DNA of 64,000 nt from Phycisphaerae bacterium (lineage in GTDB: Bacteria > Planctomycetota > Phycisphaerae > WQYP01): NCBI GenBank assembly GCA_035548175.1, contig DASZTO010000079.1, forward strand, positions 21,733 through 85,732, in the 5' to 3' direction. Position 1 is the first letter of the stretch. Every line of letters begins with the position of its first letter. Below the pieces are notes generated by a model that was not told where the DNA came from, did not search any database, and saw only the letters and a list, made by a program, of their open reading frames with translations. The translations under genes were made by a program, and so were the position numbers. Positions 48,884-59,333 of this stretch are shown here, piece after piece.

Positions 48884-50638
48884 ATGCTTACGCAGTTGAG
48901 AATTCGAAATTTTAAGCGGTTCACCGAAGCAACAATTGATCTCGGAAAATCTGTTGTTTTCATCGGCCCCAATAATTCTGGGAAAACCACCGCGCTGCAG
49001 GCCCTGGCCCTCTGGGACATCGGCCTGCGGTCATGGCTCGCCAAACGCGGTGGAAAGGATTCCCCCGAAAAGCGCCCCGGCGTCGCGGTAAACAGAAAGG
49101 AGCTGAACTCCATACCCATTCCAGCGGCCAACCTCCTTTGGCACAATCTCCGTACTCGCAAAACACGCAAGGTCAGCAATGAAAAAGGTGAGCCCGCCAC
49201 CAGAACAAGCAACATCCGCGTAGACGTGATCGCCGCAGGCATCACATCTGATGTCCCGTGGGAGTGCGGCTTTGAATTCGACTATGCAAACGAAGAATCG
49301 TTTATATGTAGACCCGTTAGACTCAAGGGGAGTGAAAACAAACCGGTTAGCCAGTCCAGATTCTCAGAGATTCCCGATGAAGCCAAAGCCGTGCGAGTCG
49401 CATACTTGCCCCCTATGTCCGGCCTTGCTGAGCAGGAGCACCTGAAACAAGCCGGAGAAGTTGCGTTTTTGATCGGACAGGGGAGAACTGCGGAAGTACT
49501 CCGAAACGTTTGTTATCAGGTGTACCAGAACAACAAAGCCGCTTGGGAGGAGATGGTGCAAAAGCTCGAGTCCCTCTTCGGAGTGGCGCTTCGTTCGCCC
49601 AGCTATATTACGGAACGTAGCGAGATCGTCATGGACTACGACGAGCCGGGCGGCGCCCGGCTCGACCTTTCATCGGCCGGTAGAGGCCTGCAGCAGACCG
49701 TATTGCTGCTTGCGCATCTGTACGCGAACCCTAAGACCACTTTGCTTCTGGACGAACCGGATGCTCATCTCGAAATACTTCGGCAGAGGCAGACGTACCA
49801 GCTGCTTACCGATGTGGCCGACAAACAAGGTTCGCAGATCGTCGCCGCCAGCCATTCGGAAGTAGTCCTGAATGAAGCCGCCGGTCAGGGAAAAGTAATT
49901 GCGTTTGTCGGTAAACCGCACACCATGAACGACCGTCCCAGTCAAGTCATGAAATCGCTCACGGACATCGGCTGGGATCTATATTACCAAGCCGAAGAGA
50001 GGGGATGGGTCCTCTTTTTGGAAGGTTCCACCGACCTCGCTATCCTGAAAGCCTTCGCACGCACGCTCAATCATGATGCAAAATTTCTCCTGGAAAGTCC
50101 CTTCGTCCATTACGTATCCACGAATCTGCCGAAGAAGGCGAGAGATGTTTTCTACGGGCTTAAAGAAGCAAAGCCGGATCTGCTCGGCGCCGCCATCTTT
50201 GATCGCGTACCCCATGACCTGCAATCAAACGACGATTTGGTGGAAATGATGTGGAGCCGGCGGGAAATAGAGAACTACTTCTGCACTAGGGACGTCCTTT
50301 TGGCCTTTGCCCGAGGAACGGGCGAACAGGATTTGTTTGGCGAGGCCGAACGGAGTAAACGCGAAGATGCGATGCGAGATGCAATTTCCGAAGTCTCCCG
50401 GGCGCTGGCCACACTGAATAAGCCCGATCCATGGGGCCCCGATGTGAAGGCGACGGATGAGTTTCTGGATCCGTTATTTAAGCGATTCTTTGAAAAGCTC
50501 CAACTCCCTATTACCCTCCGCAAAGCAGATTACCACCAACTCGCATCCCTCGTGCCTGCAGCCCAGGTTTCCCCTGAAATAGTGGAAAAGCTCAACCGTC
50601 TCCTAACCCAAGCTTCACGAGCGAAGCCGAAGCCCTGA
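48884..50638 (+). CDS. ABC-type ATPase with C-terminal TOPRIM-like domain (OLD-family ATP-dependent nuclease-like), candidate defence gene
   Basis: IRNFKRF, Walker A GPNNSGKT, signature SSAGRG, Walker B LLLDEPDAHL, H-loop ASHS. TOPRIM-like VLFLEGSTD, AIFDR and RREIENY. Lower GC, no skew. Confidence 0.8.
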   Translation: MLTQLRIRNFKRFTEATIDLGKSVVFIGPNNSGKTTALQALALWDIGLRSWLAKRGGKDSPEKRPGVAVNRKELNSIPIPAANLLWHNLRTRKTRKVSNEKGEPATRTSNIRVDVIAAGITSDVPWECGFEFDYANEESFICRPVRLKGSENKPVSQSRFSEIPDEAKAVRVAYLPPMSGLAEQEHLKQAGEVAFLIGQGRTAEVLRNVCYQVYQNNKAAWEEMVQKLESLFGVALRSPSYITERSEIVMDYDEPGGARLDLSSAGRGLQQTVLLLAHLYANPKTTLLLDEPDAHLEILRQRQTYQLLTDVADKQGSQIVAASHSEVVLNEAAGQGKVIAFVGKPHTMNDRPSQVMKSLTDIGWDLYYQAEERGWVLFLEGSTDLAILKAFARTLNHDAKFLLESPFVHYVSTNLPKKARDVFYGLKEAKPDLLGAAIFDRVPHDLQSNDDLVEMMWSRREIENYFCTRDVLLAFARGTGEQDLFGEAERSKREDAMRDAISEVSRALATLNKPDPWGPDVKATDEFLDPLFKRFFEKLQLPITLRKADYHQLASLVPAAQVSPEIVEKLNRLLTQASRAKPKP

Positions 50639-50979
50639 AATCTTTGAAAACCAACCCACGGAATCACCGCTTGAAGGGGGGAATAAAGGGGTCAGGAGTC
50701 ATTGTATGTCCCCTTCCTCGCGGGGGGTGAACGATTGGAGGGGGTCAAACATCACATCCATCCCAACCTCACGCAGATAAATAGCCATATAAACTCTTAA
50801 ATGTGGATCGTCCCCACGCCTGCTCCCTTGCCAGCAATAGCCGCCATCTCTCCGCAAACTCGCTCCCATCACGGTAGCCCCTCTCACCTCACCCTACCCC
50901 GCCGCAACCCCAACATCCACGAAAATCCGCACCTCCCAAACCCGCTCCCATGCCCACCTTCTCCCCCTGCCCCCCTCCG

Positions 50980-51044
50980 TGTCCCCCTGTCCCCCTGTCC
51001 CCTTGTCTCCTTGTCCCCCCCGTTTCACCTTGTCACCATGTCAC
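50980..51044 (+). repeat. Octamer tandem repeat tgtc(c/a)cc(c/t)
   Basis: tgtccccc tgtccccc tgtcccct tgtctcct tgtccccc ... tgtcacca tgtcac. Confidence 0.8.
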
Positions 51045-51780
51045 TCCTCCCCGCGCGCACAATCTGGCATGCACCAAAAACATTCGCGCGCCAAAATCCC
51101 CGCCCCAACCCCCACAACCCCAACCCCTTACCCCAAATCACCCCCCGTCCCTGTGCGCACAAACTGGGCGCACCACCCCTCTATAGACAAAGAGGAGCAC
51201 TGCGCCATGACCCAAACCACCCCAAAAAACCTTCGTGGTCGGGGGGGGCTTCACCTCTTCGTGTCTTCGTGTTTCCCTCGTCTGGGCCGGGCCGGAGAAA
51301 GCTGTGTCAAATTCCCGCAAAAACCTCATACACAAGCACAAAAACCTCAATCCGCAAAAGACACAACGGCAAAAACTCACCCTTTTTTGCAAAACACCCC
51401 CTACACATCGAAGAAAACCCCACCTCGCCACCCCAAAAACCTCAACTCGCCCCCTCTCCCCGCCATCCGACACCCGCCGCATGCCCCCCGGCCCTATGCC
51501 GCTCCACATCCCCTATCTTGCCATCCCCTGCCACCCAACCCCCCTCGTCGCAGCCCTCGCTACCCGCCACCCACGCCCCCGCCCCTCACCCTCCTCACCC
51601 CGCGCTGCCGATAAAAATACCTGCCCGCCGCCAAAATGTCGGCACCCGCCCGCGCCCCGCCTCCCCCTCCTCCCCCATCCCCCCGACCGCTTCCCACTCC
51701 CCCGCGCAGCTACCCCTTCACGAACTGCTCATTTTCCCCTTGCAACCCCCTCCTTTTACGGTAGTTTTGCTCAGTATCCC

Positions 51781-52821
51781 ATGCTGTACCCCGCCATCTC
51801 CATCATCATCCCCACCAAAGACCGCAGCGCCCTGCTTCGGCCGGCCCTCGATTCACTCCTCGCCCAATCCCTCCCCGCCTGGGAAGCCATCGTCGTCGAC
51901 GATGGCTCCTCCGACGATACCGCCTCCCTCGTCCGCTCCCTCGCCGCATCCGATCCCCGCTTCCGCTTCCTCTCGCGCAACCGAAACCCCGCCGGCGCCC
52001 CCACTTGCCGCAACATCGGCCTCGATCACGCACGGGCCACCGCCGTCCTCTTCCTCGACTCCGACGACCTGCTCGCCCCCACCTGCCTCGCCGGACGACT
52101 CGCCGCACTCGACGCCCGCCCCCACGCCGACTTCATCGTCGCCAATGGCGAAATCTTCCGCCAGACCCCCGGCGACCTCAACCGCTTCTGGTCCACCTTC
52201 GATTCCCGAAACGACCTCGACCGCTTCCTTCGCGGCGACTCCGTCTGGGCCACCCCCGGCGTCCTCTGGCGCCGCGACAAACTCCGCTCCATCAACGCCT
52301 GGACCGAAGGCCTCCACCGCTGGCAGGATTGGGAACTCCACATCCGCGCCCAGTGCCGCCAGCTCCGCTACCACAAGCTGCCCATCGCCGACTACTTCAT
52401 CCGCCGCAGCGACGACGACGGCATCAGCGCCTCCGATCATCAGCCCCAGGGCCGCGCCGAACGCCTCCTCGCCATGGCCGCCGCCATGCGCGAACTCCGC
52501 GCTTCCCCCGTCGCTACCCCCGATCGCGACGCCATCCTCGCCACCCTCGCCTTCGACACCTTCGTCCTGCTCACCAAATCCCGCCACGCCCGCCGCGCCG
52601 CCGCCCCCGCCTGGGACGCCTTCCGCCACGCCCGCGGCCGCCGCTCCGACCGCTTCTTCTCCGCCCTCGCTCCCCTCATCTCCAAGAGCGCTCCCGAAAG
52701 CCTCCTCGCCCAACGCCTCTACCGCCGCTGGAACCGCACCCCCCACGCCCCCACCAACCACCTCCACTGCAACGCCACCCACATCGCCTTCGAAGGCGAT
52801 GCCTCCGCCGCCCTCGCCTGA
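51781..52821 (+). CDS. Family 2 glycosyltransferase
   Basis: ISIIIPTKDR, WEAIVVDDGSSD, GAPTCRNIGL, FLDSDD, QDWELHIR. Confidence 0.92.
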   Translation: MLYPAISIIIPTKDRSALLRPALDSLLAQSLPAWEAIVVDDGSSDDTASLVRSLAASDPRFRFLSRNRNPAGAPTCRNIGLDHARATAVLFLDSDDLLAPTCLAGRLAALDARPHADFIVANGEIFRQTPGDLNRFWSTFDSRNDLDRFLRGDSVWATPGVLWRRDKLRSINAWTEGLHRWQDWELHIRAQCRQLRYHKLPIADYFIRRSDDDGISASDHQPQGRAERLLAMAAAMRELRASPVATPDRDAILATLAFDTFVLLTKSRHARRAAAPAWDAFRHARGRRSDRFFSALAPLISKSAPESLLAQRLYRRWNRTPHAPTNHLHCNATHIAFEGDASAALA

Positions 52822-52843
52822 CCCCCCCCCACCCTCCCCCCCC

Positions 52844-53245
52844 TCAGCTCCCCGCCCCCACCGGAAACCTGCCCCCACGCCCACCGCCCCCGCCTGCCGC
52901 TCCGCTCCGCCACCGCAGCACCCCCAGACACCCCGCCACGCCCAGCAGCACCATCCACCACGGAATCATCACCGTCCGCACCCCAGACCCGCTCAACCAG
53001 TGTACACCGGTGAAAAAAGTCGAAAACGAAAGCTGCCTCACCACCGGCAACACATGAAACGACGCCACCCCGTTCCGCGAGGTCCACCCCGCAAAAGGCC
53101 CGAAGCAGGAAACGCCCACATAGGCCCGCCCCAGCGACAGCTGCCACACCGCAAACTGCGAAAGCACCAGCATCGCCACCATCGCCAGCGGCAAGACCTG
53201 CACCGCCACCCACGTGATTCGCGCCATCCCGCGCCTTCCAGCCAC
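52844..53245 (-). CDS. Small hypothetical membrane protein
   Basis: AAGGAG RBS before the GTG. Hydrophobic N- and C-terminal segments (IPWWMVLLGVAGCLGVLRW). Confidence 0.55.
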   Translation of the reverse strand: MAGRRGMARITWVAVQVLPLAMVAMLVLSQFAVWQLSLGRAYVGVSCFGPFAGWTSRNGVASFHVLPVVRQLSFSTFFTGVHWLSGSGVRTVMIPWWMVLLGVAGCLGVLRWRSGAAGGGGGRGGRFPVGAGS

Positions 53246-53289
53246 GACATCACTCCTTCGCCCCCGCCCCGCCCGACGCGAACAGTGTC

Positions 53290-55992
53290 TCAGCGATTGT
53301 TGGGGTTGTTCATGAACTGCGCCGTCTGCATTTGCAGGTTGTTGATGCGCGTCCTCTGGTCGCGCGTCGGCTGGGCGTCGCCGGCGGCGTTCAAGTCGTT
53401 CATCGCGGTGCGGCCATCGCGACGCGCCAGCGCATCCTGCGCAAGCTGCAGGAACGCCTCGGCGACGGCGGGTCCCGTGGCGTCGGTGGAAAAGTTCGAG
53501 TCGCCCTTGGCGTTGGACACCCGCGGCGTGTTGGTTCCGGGCATGTGGCCCAGGGCAGCCGCCTGGCGGAAGGAGGCAATCGCCGGATCGCGCTGATTCT
53601 GCGACATGAGCAGCTCGCCCGCCGCCGCGTAAGTAGCCGCCGCCAGCGACGCCCCGTTCATCGGCGTCGGAACCGGAACGTCCGGGGCATTGGGATTGGG
53701 CAGCATGGCTCCGAACATATCCGCGCCCAGGCCGCCGGGGGCGAAGCGCGGCGGATAGGAGGCCGCCTCTTGGGCGTCGGCCAGCGCCGCGGTGATGTCC
53801 TTGGCCTGCACATGGCGGGTCATGGAGAGCGCCAGCAGCCGCATAAGCAGCGCGAAATCCTGGGCATTCCGGGGCAGCTTCGCTCCGGCGCCCTGGTCGT
53901 CAATCGCCAGCCGGGCTTTCTCCAGGGCGATGGCGACGCGGAGCGTGGCGTCGGAAGCGTCGCGCTCCCGCGCGTCCGCCTGGGCCAGCGACAGGTAGGC
54001 GCTGGTGCGGGCATCGGCCGGATCGAGCGTCCGGGCGCGTTCGATGTCCTTGCGCACCGTCGGCCAGCCGTTGGGATGAATGTTCGCCCACACGCGTTCC
54101 AGCAGGGGCCCGGCGGTGGTCTGATAGAGCTTGTTTTCGGTGATGCGCTCCTCGGTCGCTTCATCGGCCATGCCGTGGGTGAGATAGTAAGTCAGCAGGG
54201 CGTCATGGGCTTTGAGCGACTGAGGGTATTGGGCGACGGCCTTCTGGAGGAAACCGAGCGTGGCCTCGGGCGTGCCGAAGTAAAACTGGTATTCGCTCTG
54301 GAGGAGCAGTCCTTCGAGCGATGCGGGATCCAGTTTGATCGCCTGCTCCATCAGGGATCGGGCCTCGCTGATGATGGCTTGGGCGCGGGCCTGGTCCTGG
54401 TCGGCTTCCTGAAGCTCCGCCTGTGTGGGGTCGTGGCGATAGGTGGTGGTGACCTCATAGACGCCGTCGGAACGATTTTCCGTGTGGGAATAGGAAGTGA
54501 AGGTCGGCGTGCGCAGCGCTTGAGCGCGGCCGCGCAAGGAGCCGGCCTCCTGGGCGCGATACTCGGCGAGCAGGCGGATCGCCTCGGCGTTGTTGGCCCC
54601 GGCGATCGACAACACCTGCTGGATTTCGTTATTCGCCTGGCCGGTCTGACCGGCGGCATCGAAGCAGTAGGCGGATTCGACCAGCGCGGGCACGTTGCGG
54701 GGATCGAGCTTGAGGGCGTTGCCCAGATAAAACGAGGCGCGGCTGATCTCCATCTCCTGGGAATACTGGTAGCGGTAGGGCGTCAGGCCGCGGCGGGGCT
54801 CGACGGATTCGCCGCGGTTGGGCAGTTCCTGGAGGATGTATTTGGCCATGGCCACGAGGGGCGCGGGGTTCCTGGGCGCTGCGAGGGCGGCGTCGTTGAG
54901 TTGCCGGAGCTGATCCTGATACTCCTCATCATAGCGCCGGGAGAAGGCGCTGCTGGCTCGCTGAAATTGAACGGCCAGGGGCAGGAGGTCCGAGACGCTC
55001 TTGCCGGCGGCGGCGGCGGCATCGAGTTTCGCCAGCAGCGCGGAGGGCGCGTCCATGACCGGATCGGCGGTGACCATGCGCAGGACTTGCCTGGCGGCGG
55101 GATCGTCGGTTTTCGGGTCATATTTTTCAGCCGCGGCGAGGTCAGCCATGGCGCGGCGATTGTCGCCCTCGGCGGCGGCGGCGAGGGCCCGGCCGCGATA
55201 GGCGGGAGCGGAGGTCAGGTTGATGGTCAGGGCGATCGTGTACTCGCGGCGTGCGCTCTGGGGACGGCCCAAGCGGCGATACACCTCGCCGGCGATGAAG
55301 CGGATGTCGCCGTCGAACGGGAAGAAAGTTTTCGCCAGGTTGTCGGCGGCGAGGGCGTCCTGGAGCTCGCCCTTGTCGAGGTGCCGCCGCGCATTTTGAT
55401 AGCTGAAAGAGGCCATATCCTTGGAGGCAAGGTAGCGATTGGCGAACCAGGCGGCCGCTTTATCCGCCGCCGCCTGGAGCGCGGGCGTGTGCGGATCGCC
55501 GCCGGTGCGCCTGGCGTTGTAGACGCTCATCGCGAAGTCATAAGCGACGCAGGAGGCGTAAGCGGTGTCGTAATCGTCCCGGCCCTGGACCATGTAACCG
55601 GGCATGCCTCCCCAGCCGGCGGTGTTGCCCTGCGGGGAGATGTCGGCGACGGCCCAGAGCGCGTATTCCCAGAGCGTTCCTTCGCGCGAATTGGGGATGT
55701 GGGCGTGGGAAAGATCGTCGTGGGCGTCGGGATAATCGCCGGAGACGGTTTCGGCGACGGCGCGGGCGAGATACATGCGGGGATCGGGTTGGCGCTGGAT
55801 GGCGGCGGTGAAATCGTCGATGGCCTGCTTGTACTGGCGGGCGCGCAGGGCCATGAGGCCCTCGTATTCGGCGGAGAAGAAAGCGGGGTCTCCCTGGGGC
55901 GCCGGCGGCGCGGCGGAGGCTTGGCGGCCCGCAACGCCCGCGGCCAGGGACATCACCAGAATCGACAACCACCGATTGGAGGCCTGACGCAT
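53290..55992 (-). CDS. Secreted tetratricopeptide-repeat protein (900 aa)
   Basis: Signal peptide and many TPR-like helices (AIDDFTAAIQRQP, ARREYTIAL, AMADLAAAEKYDP). Confidence 0.8.
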   Translation of the reverse strand: MRQASNRWLSILVMSLAAGVAGRQASAAPPAPQGDPAFFSAEYEGLMALRARQYKQAIDDFTAAIQRQPDPRMYLARAVAETVSGDYPDAHDDLSHAHIPNSREGTLWEYALWAVADISPQGNTAGWGGMPGYMVQGRDDYDTAYASCVAYDFAMSVYNARRTGGDPHTPALQAAADKAAAWFANRYLASKDMASFSYQNARRHLDKGELQDALAADNLAKTFFPFDGDIRFIAGEVYRRLGRPQSARREYTIALTINLTSAPAYRGRALAAAAEGDNRRAMADLAAAEKYDPKTDDPAARQVLRMVTADPVMDAPSALLAKLDAAAAAGKSVSDLLPLAVQFQRASSAFSRRYDEEYQDQLRQLNDAALAAPRNPAPLVAMAKYILQELPNRGESVEPRRGLTPYRYQYSQEMEISRASFYLGNALKLDPRNVPALVESAYCFDAAGQTGQANNEIQQVLSIAGANNAEAIRLLAEYRAQEAGSLRGRAQALRTPTFTSYSHTENRSDGVYEVTTTYRHDPTQAELQEADQDQARAQAIISEARSLMEQAIKLDPASLEGLLLQSEYQFYFGTPEATLGFLQKAVAQYPQSLKAHDALLTYYLTHGMADEATEERITENKLYQTTAGPLLERVWANIHPNGWPTVRKDIERARTLDPADARTSAYLSLAQADARERDASDATLRVAIALEKARLAIDDQGAGAKLPRNAQDFALLMRLLALSMTRHVQAKDITAALADAQEAASYPPRFAPGGLGADMFGAMLPNPNAPDVPVPTPMNGASLAAATYAAAGELLMSQNQRDPAIASFRQAAALGHMPGTNTPRVSNAKGDSNFSTDATGPAVAEAFLQLAQDALARRDGRTAMNDLNAAGDAQPTRDQRTRINNLQMQTAQFMNNPNNR

Positions 55993-56080
55993 GGGGCACC
56001 GGCGGGTAAGAGATGTGGATCGCTCTCTTTTATACTCGCTGGCGGGTTCTCGCGGAAACGTCGCGGCGTCATGCGGTCGC

Positions 56081-57211
56081 TCAGCCGAGAGGCGCGAGGG
56101 GCAGGGTGAAGCGCCATTGCGGTCCCTCGGGCGCGGTCAGGCGCTCGATGCCACCGCGATGCGCCGCGGCGATCTCGCGCGCCACGGCCAGGGAAATGCC
56201 GTCGCGTCCGGAAGGGGAGCTGGCTTCGGCAAAGAGGGGATCGACGGCGTCGTGGCGGAGCTGGATGACGATGGCCTGGGAGTCGGAATGGGTCTGCGCG
56301 CCGATGGCGACGGTCGCGCCGGTTTTGGCCATGCGCCGCGCGGCGGTGAGCAGCGCCGCCATGGCATAGGCCGCCCGGGTCAAATCCGCGTGCACGGCAG
56401 GCAGCGTGTCGGGCAAATCGATCTGAATCGCAAGGCCTTTTTCGGAAATCTCGCGCTGGAGCGAGCGGACGGCGGCATCCACGATCGCGCCGGCGTGCAG
56501 GGGTTCGACCTGGAGGGGCGCCTTGCCGGAGCGCAGGCGTCCGACGTCGAGGAGGTCATCGATCAACTGATTGAGCCGCTCCGCGTCCTGGCGGGCGGTG
56601 GTGAGCAGCTCGCGATCGCGGGGCGCCAGGCCGTTGGAGGCGTCATCGACCAGCAGGTGGATGGCCATCTGGAGGGAAGTCAGGGGCGTTTTGAGCTCAT
56701 GGGACACGGTGGAAAGCAGGCCGGACTTGGCCTCATCGGCCTGTCGCCGGCCGGTGGCGTCGATGAGGATCAGGGCGATGCCGGTGAAGTCGCCTGCGGC
56801 GCCGGCGAGGGGGATGGCGCGGGGCACCAGGAAGAGTTCGCGTCCCTGGTCGAAGACCTGCACGGCGGCGGCGGGCTGCTCGGCGTGCACGGGCTGGCGG
56901 CGCGATTTGACCTCTTCGAGCAGCGGCATCAGCCAGCGGTGGGGGAGTTCCGCGGCGGGCGTTTTGGGCCAGAGACGCAGCAGCGAGACCGCCGGCTCGT
57001 TGGCGGTTTCAATGATCAGGTCGGGCGAGAACAGGGCGACGGGATGCGGGAGCGTGTCGAGGATGGTCTGAAGGGAAGGGGCGGCATCGAGGACGCGCTG
57101 GCGGGCGATGTGGTTCTTCACCAGGCGGCGAATGATGAGACGTTGAACGGCGAGAAGCGCGAGCGCGAGCACCAGAGCGAAGGAGAGAAGCAGGGTGAGC
57201 GTGACGAGCAT
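56081..57211 (-). CDS. Membrane histidine kinase-like protein (PAS + HisKA) with a degenerate ATPase domain
   Basis: One TM helix, a PAS-like segment and H-box STVSHELKTPLTS. The N and G1 boxes are not recognisable. Confidence 0.8.
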   Translation of the reverse strand: MLVTLTLLLSFALVLALALLAVQRLIIRRLVKNHIARQRVLDAAPSLQTILDTLPHPVALFSPDLIIETANEPAVSLLRLWPKTPAAELPHRWLMPLLEEVKSRRQPVHAEQPAAAVQVFDQGRELFLVPRAIPLAGAAGDFTGIALILIDATGRRQADEAKSGLLSTVSHELKTPLTSLQMAIHLLVDDASNGLAPRDRELLTTARQDAERLNQLIDDLLDVGRLRSGKAPLQVEPLHAGAIVDAAVRSLQREISEKGLAIQIDLPDTLPAVHADLTRAAYAMAALLTAARRMAKTGATVAIGAQTHSDSQAIVIQLRHDAVDPLFAEASSPSGRDGISLAVAREIAAAHRGGIERLTAPEGPQWRFTLPLAPLG

Positions 57212-57259
57212 CAAGAGATGTTACGCCGTGGATGCGGAAAGGGAAGGCGCTGCGGGAGC

Positions 57260-59287
57260 CTATGGCGGCGGGGATGCAGACTGGGCGGCGGTCCAGATCG
57301 CACGGAAGGCGGCTTCGACATCGCGAGCGTACTGGGCGGCGTTCATCAGCGGGGAGGCTTCCATGCGGGGCCTCAGGGTGGCGCGCAGCGCGGCCAGGCG
57401 ATCTGTGTCCCGGGCGAGCGCGATGGCGATGCGGGGGTAATCCTCCGGGGTCGTGGCGATCAGCTCTTTGAGGTCCAGGTGGGTGAGCAGGGAAGCGCCC
57501 ATGCGGCCGGGGCGGGCCTGGCCGGCGAGGGTGACGAGGGGGACGCCCATGTGGAGCAGCTGGCAGGAGGTGGTGTGGCCATTGAAGGGCCAGGAGTCGA
57601 GGGCGATGTCGATGTCGCGGAGGTCGGCGAGGAAATCGAGCAGCGCGGCGGCGGGTTTGAGCGACAGGCGCTCGGGCGGCAGGCCGGCGGCGGCACAGCG
57701 GTCGAGTGTGTAGGCGCGGACGGACGCATCGGCGAGGGCGGCGTGTTGGATGATGAAGCGCGCGCGTGGCAAGGCGGCGGCGATTTGGGCCCAGGCGTGG
57801 AGGACGGGGGGGCGGAGCTTGGCGAGCTGGTTGAAGGAGCCGAAGGTGATGCGGCCGGAGGAGAGGGCGGGGGGCGGGAAAACGGGAGAGACGTTGGGAG
57901 GGGGCTGATAGCAGGCGAAGATCGGCAGTCGCAGGAGTTTTTCGGTGGCGAAGGAATCGGGAGCGGTGGGCGGGTGCAGGATGGCGTCGGTGATTTGGTA
58001 ATCGATTTGGGTGAGGCCGGTGGTGTTGGGATAGCCGATCATGGCGACCTGGAGCGGCGCGGGGCGTGCGTGGAAAAGCGGGAGGTGGTTATGGGCGGTG
58101 TGACCGGCGAGATCGACGAGGATGTCGATGCGGTCCTGCTGGATCAGGTGGAAGGTTTGCTCGGTGGTGAGGGCGGAGATGTCGCGCCAGTGGTCGGCGT
58201 GGGTTTGCAGGCGGTGGGTGACGGCGTCGGGCCGCGCGGGAGGGGGGAAGTTGGCGTAGCAGAAGATTTCGAAGTGTGTGTGATCGTGGTGGGCAAGGAG
58301 GGGTTCGACGAAGAAGGCGACGGAGTGGGTGCGGAAATCGGAGGAGAGGTAGCCGATGCGCAGGCGGCGGGTGGGGGAGGGATCGCGCGGAGTTTGGGGC
58401 CGGGCGACGGCGGGGAGGGTGGCGGCCCATTGGCGGTGGATGTCGAAAAGTTGCTGCGGGGAGAGGCGGTCATCGTAGTTGGCGAGGTTGATGAGGTTGC
58501 TGAAAAAATCGGTGTGGGCGGGGTTAAGGGCGACGGCGTGGCGGCAGGCGTCGGTGGCGCGGTCGAGGTCGCCGCGGTCGAAGTGGAGGGAGCCGAGGGC
58601 GGCCCAGGTGTGCTGGTGCGTGGGGAGGCGGGCGAGGAAATTCTCGAGGAGCGCGATGGCTTCGTCGGAGCGCTGGGCTTGCTGAAGGCAGAGGGCGAGA
58701 TCGTTGGTGATCGCGGGATTGTCGGGTTGAAGGGCGGCGGCCTGGCGGGCGCAATCGATGGCTTCGGGGAGGCGCCTGAGGGCGCGGAGGGTGAGGGCGA
58801 GGTTGTAGAGGAGCTCGAAGTTGTGGGGATGAATGGGCTGGGCGGCGAGGAGGTGGTGGAGGCTTTCGTCGAGGTTTCCGGCGGAGCGCAGGAGGGCGGC
58901 GAGGTTGACGCGCGGGGTGAGGGAGGCGGGATCGAGGCGAAGCGCGTTTTCGTAATGGCGGGCGGCGTCGGAGGGGCGGCCGAGGTTTTGGGCGCAGAGG
59001 CCGAGCATGATGTGGAGGTCGGGATGGGCGGGGAAATGGGGGAGGGTTTTGGCGGCGATGTCGTAGGCGAGGGCGAAGACATCGGAGGCTGGGTGGCTGT
59101 TGATGATCGTTACGGCGCATTCCGTGAGGCGCAACAGGTCGTTGGGAGCGGCAGCCAGGGGGAGGGCGGCGCGGCAGGCGTCGAGCGCGGCGGGGACATT
59201 TGAGTGGCGAATGCCGTCGGTGGCGCTGTCCAGCAGTTGGGCAAGAGTGGGCACGAGGCGGCGCTCCGGGCGATGGCATGGGAGCAC
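57260..59287 (-). CDS. TPR-containing O-GlcNAc transferase (SPINDLY/GT41 family)
   Basis: TPRs, then RLRIGYLSSDFRTHSV, DILVDLAGHT, PAPLQV, GYPNTTG, GSFNQLAK and DIALDSWPFNGHTT...MGVPLVTLAG. Start uncertain. Confidence 0.9.
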   Translation of the reverse strand: MLPCHRPERRLVPTLAQLLDSATDGIRHSNVPAALDACRAALPLAAAPNDLLRLTECAVTIINSHPASDVFALAYDIAAKTLPHFPAHPDLHIMLGLCAQNLGRPSDAARHYENALRLDPASLTPRVNLAALLRSAGNLDESLHHLLAAQPIHPHNFELLYNLALTLRALRRLPEAIDCARQAAALQPDNPAITNDLALCLQQAQRSDEAIALLENFLARLPTHQHTWAALGSLHFDRGDLDRATDACRHAVALNPAHTDFFSNLINLANYDDRLSPQQLFDIHRQWAATLPAVARPQTPRDPSPTRRLRIGYLSSDFRTHSVAFFVEPLLAHHDHTHFEIFCYANFPPPARPDAVTHRLQTHADHWRDISALTTEQTFHLIQQDRIDILVDLAGHTAHNHLPLFHARPAPLQVAMIGYPNTTGLTQIDYQITDAILHPPTAPDSFATEKLLRLPIFACYQPPPNVSPVFPPPALSSGRITFGSFNQLAKLRPPVLHAWAQIAAALPRARFIIQHAALADASVRAYTLDRCAAAGLPPERLSLKPAAALLDFLADLRDIDIALDSWPFNGHTTSCQLLHMGVPLVTLAGQARPGRMGASLLTHLDLKELIATTPEDYPRIAIALARDTDRLAALRATLRPRMEASPLMNAAQYARDVEAAFRAIWTAAQSASPPP

Positions 59288-59333
59288 TGTTGTAACGGTT
59301 GGAGCGGCCAGCGGCGAGCGGCGGGGCGGGGTT

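Noticed and set aside
50801-53596. 931-aa Pro/Ser-rich ORF and the 51235 extension of the GT2
   Set aside because: Artefacts of C-rich skew. The GT2 domain begins at the ATG at 51781.
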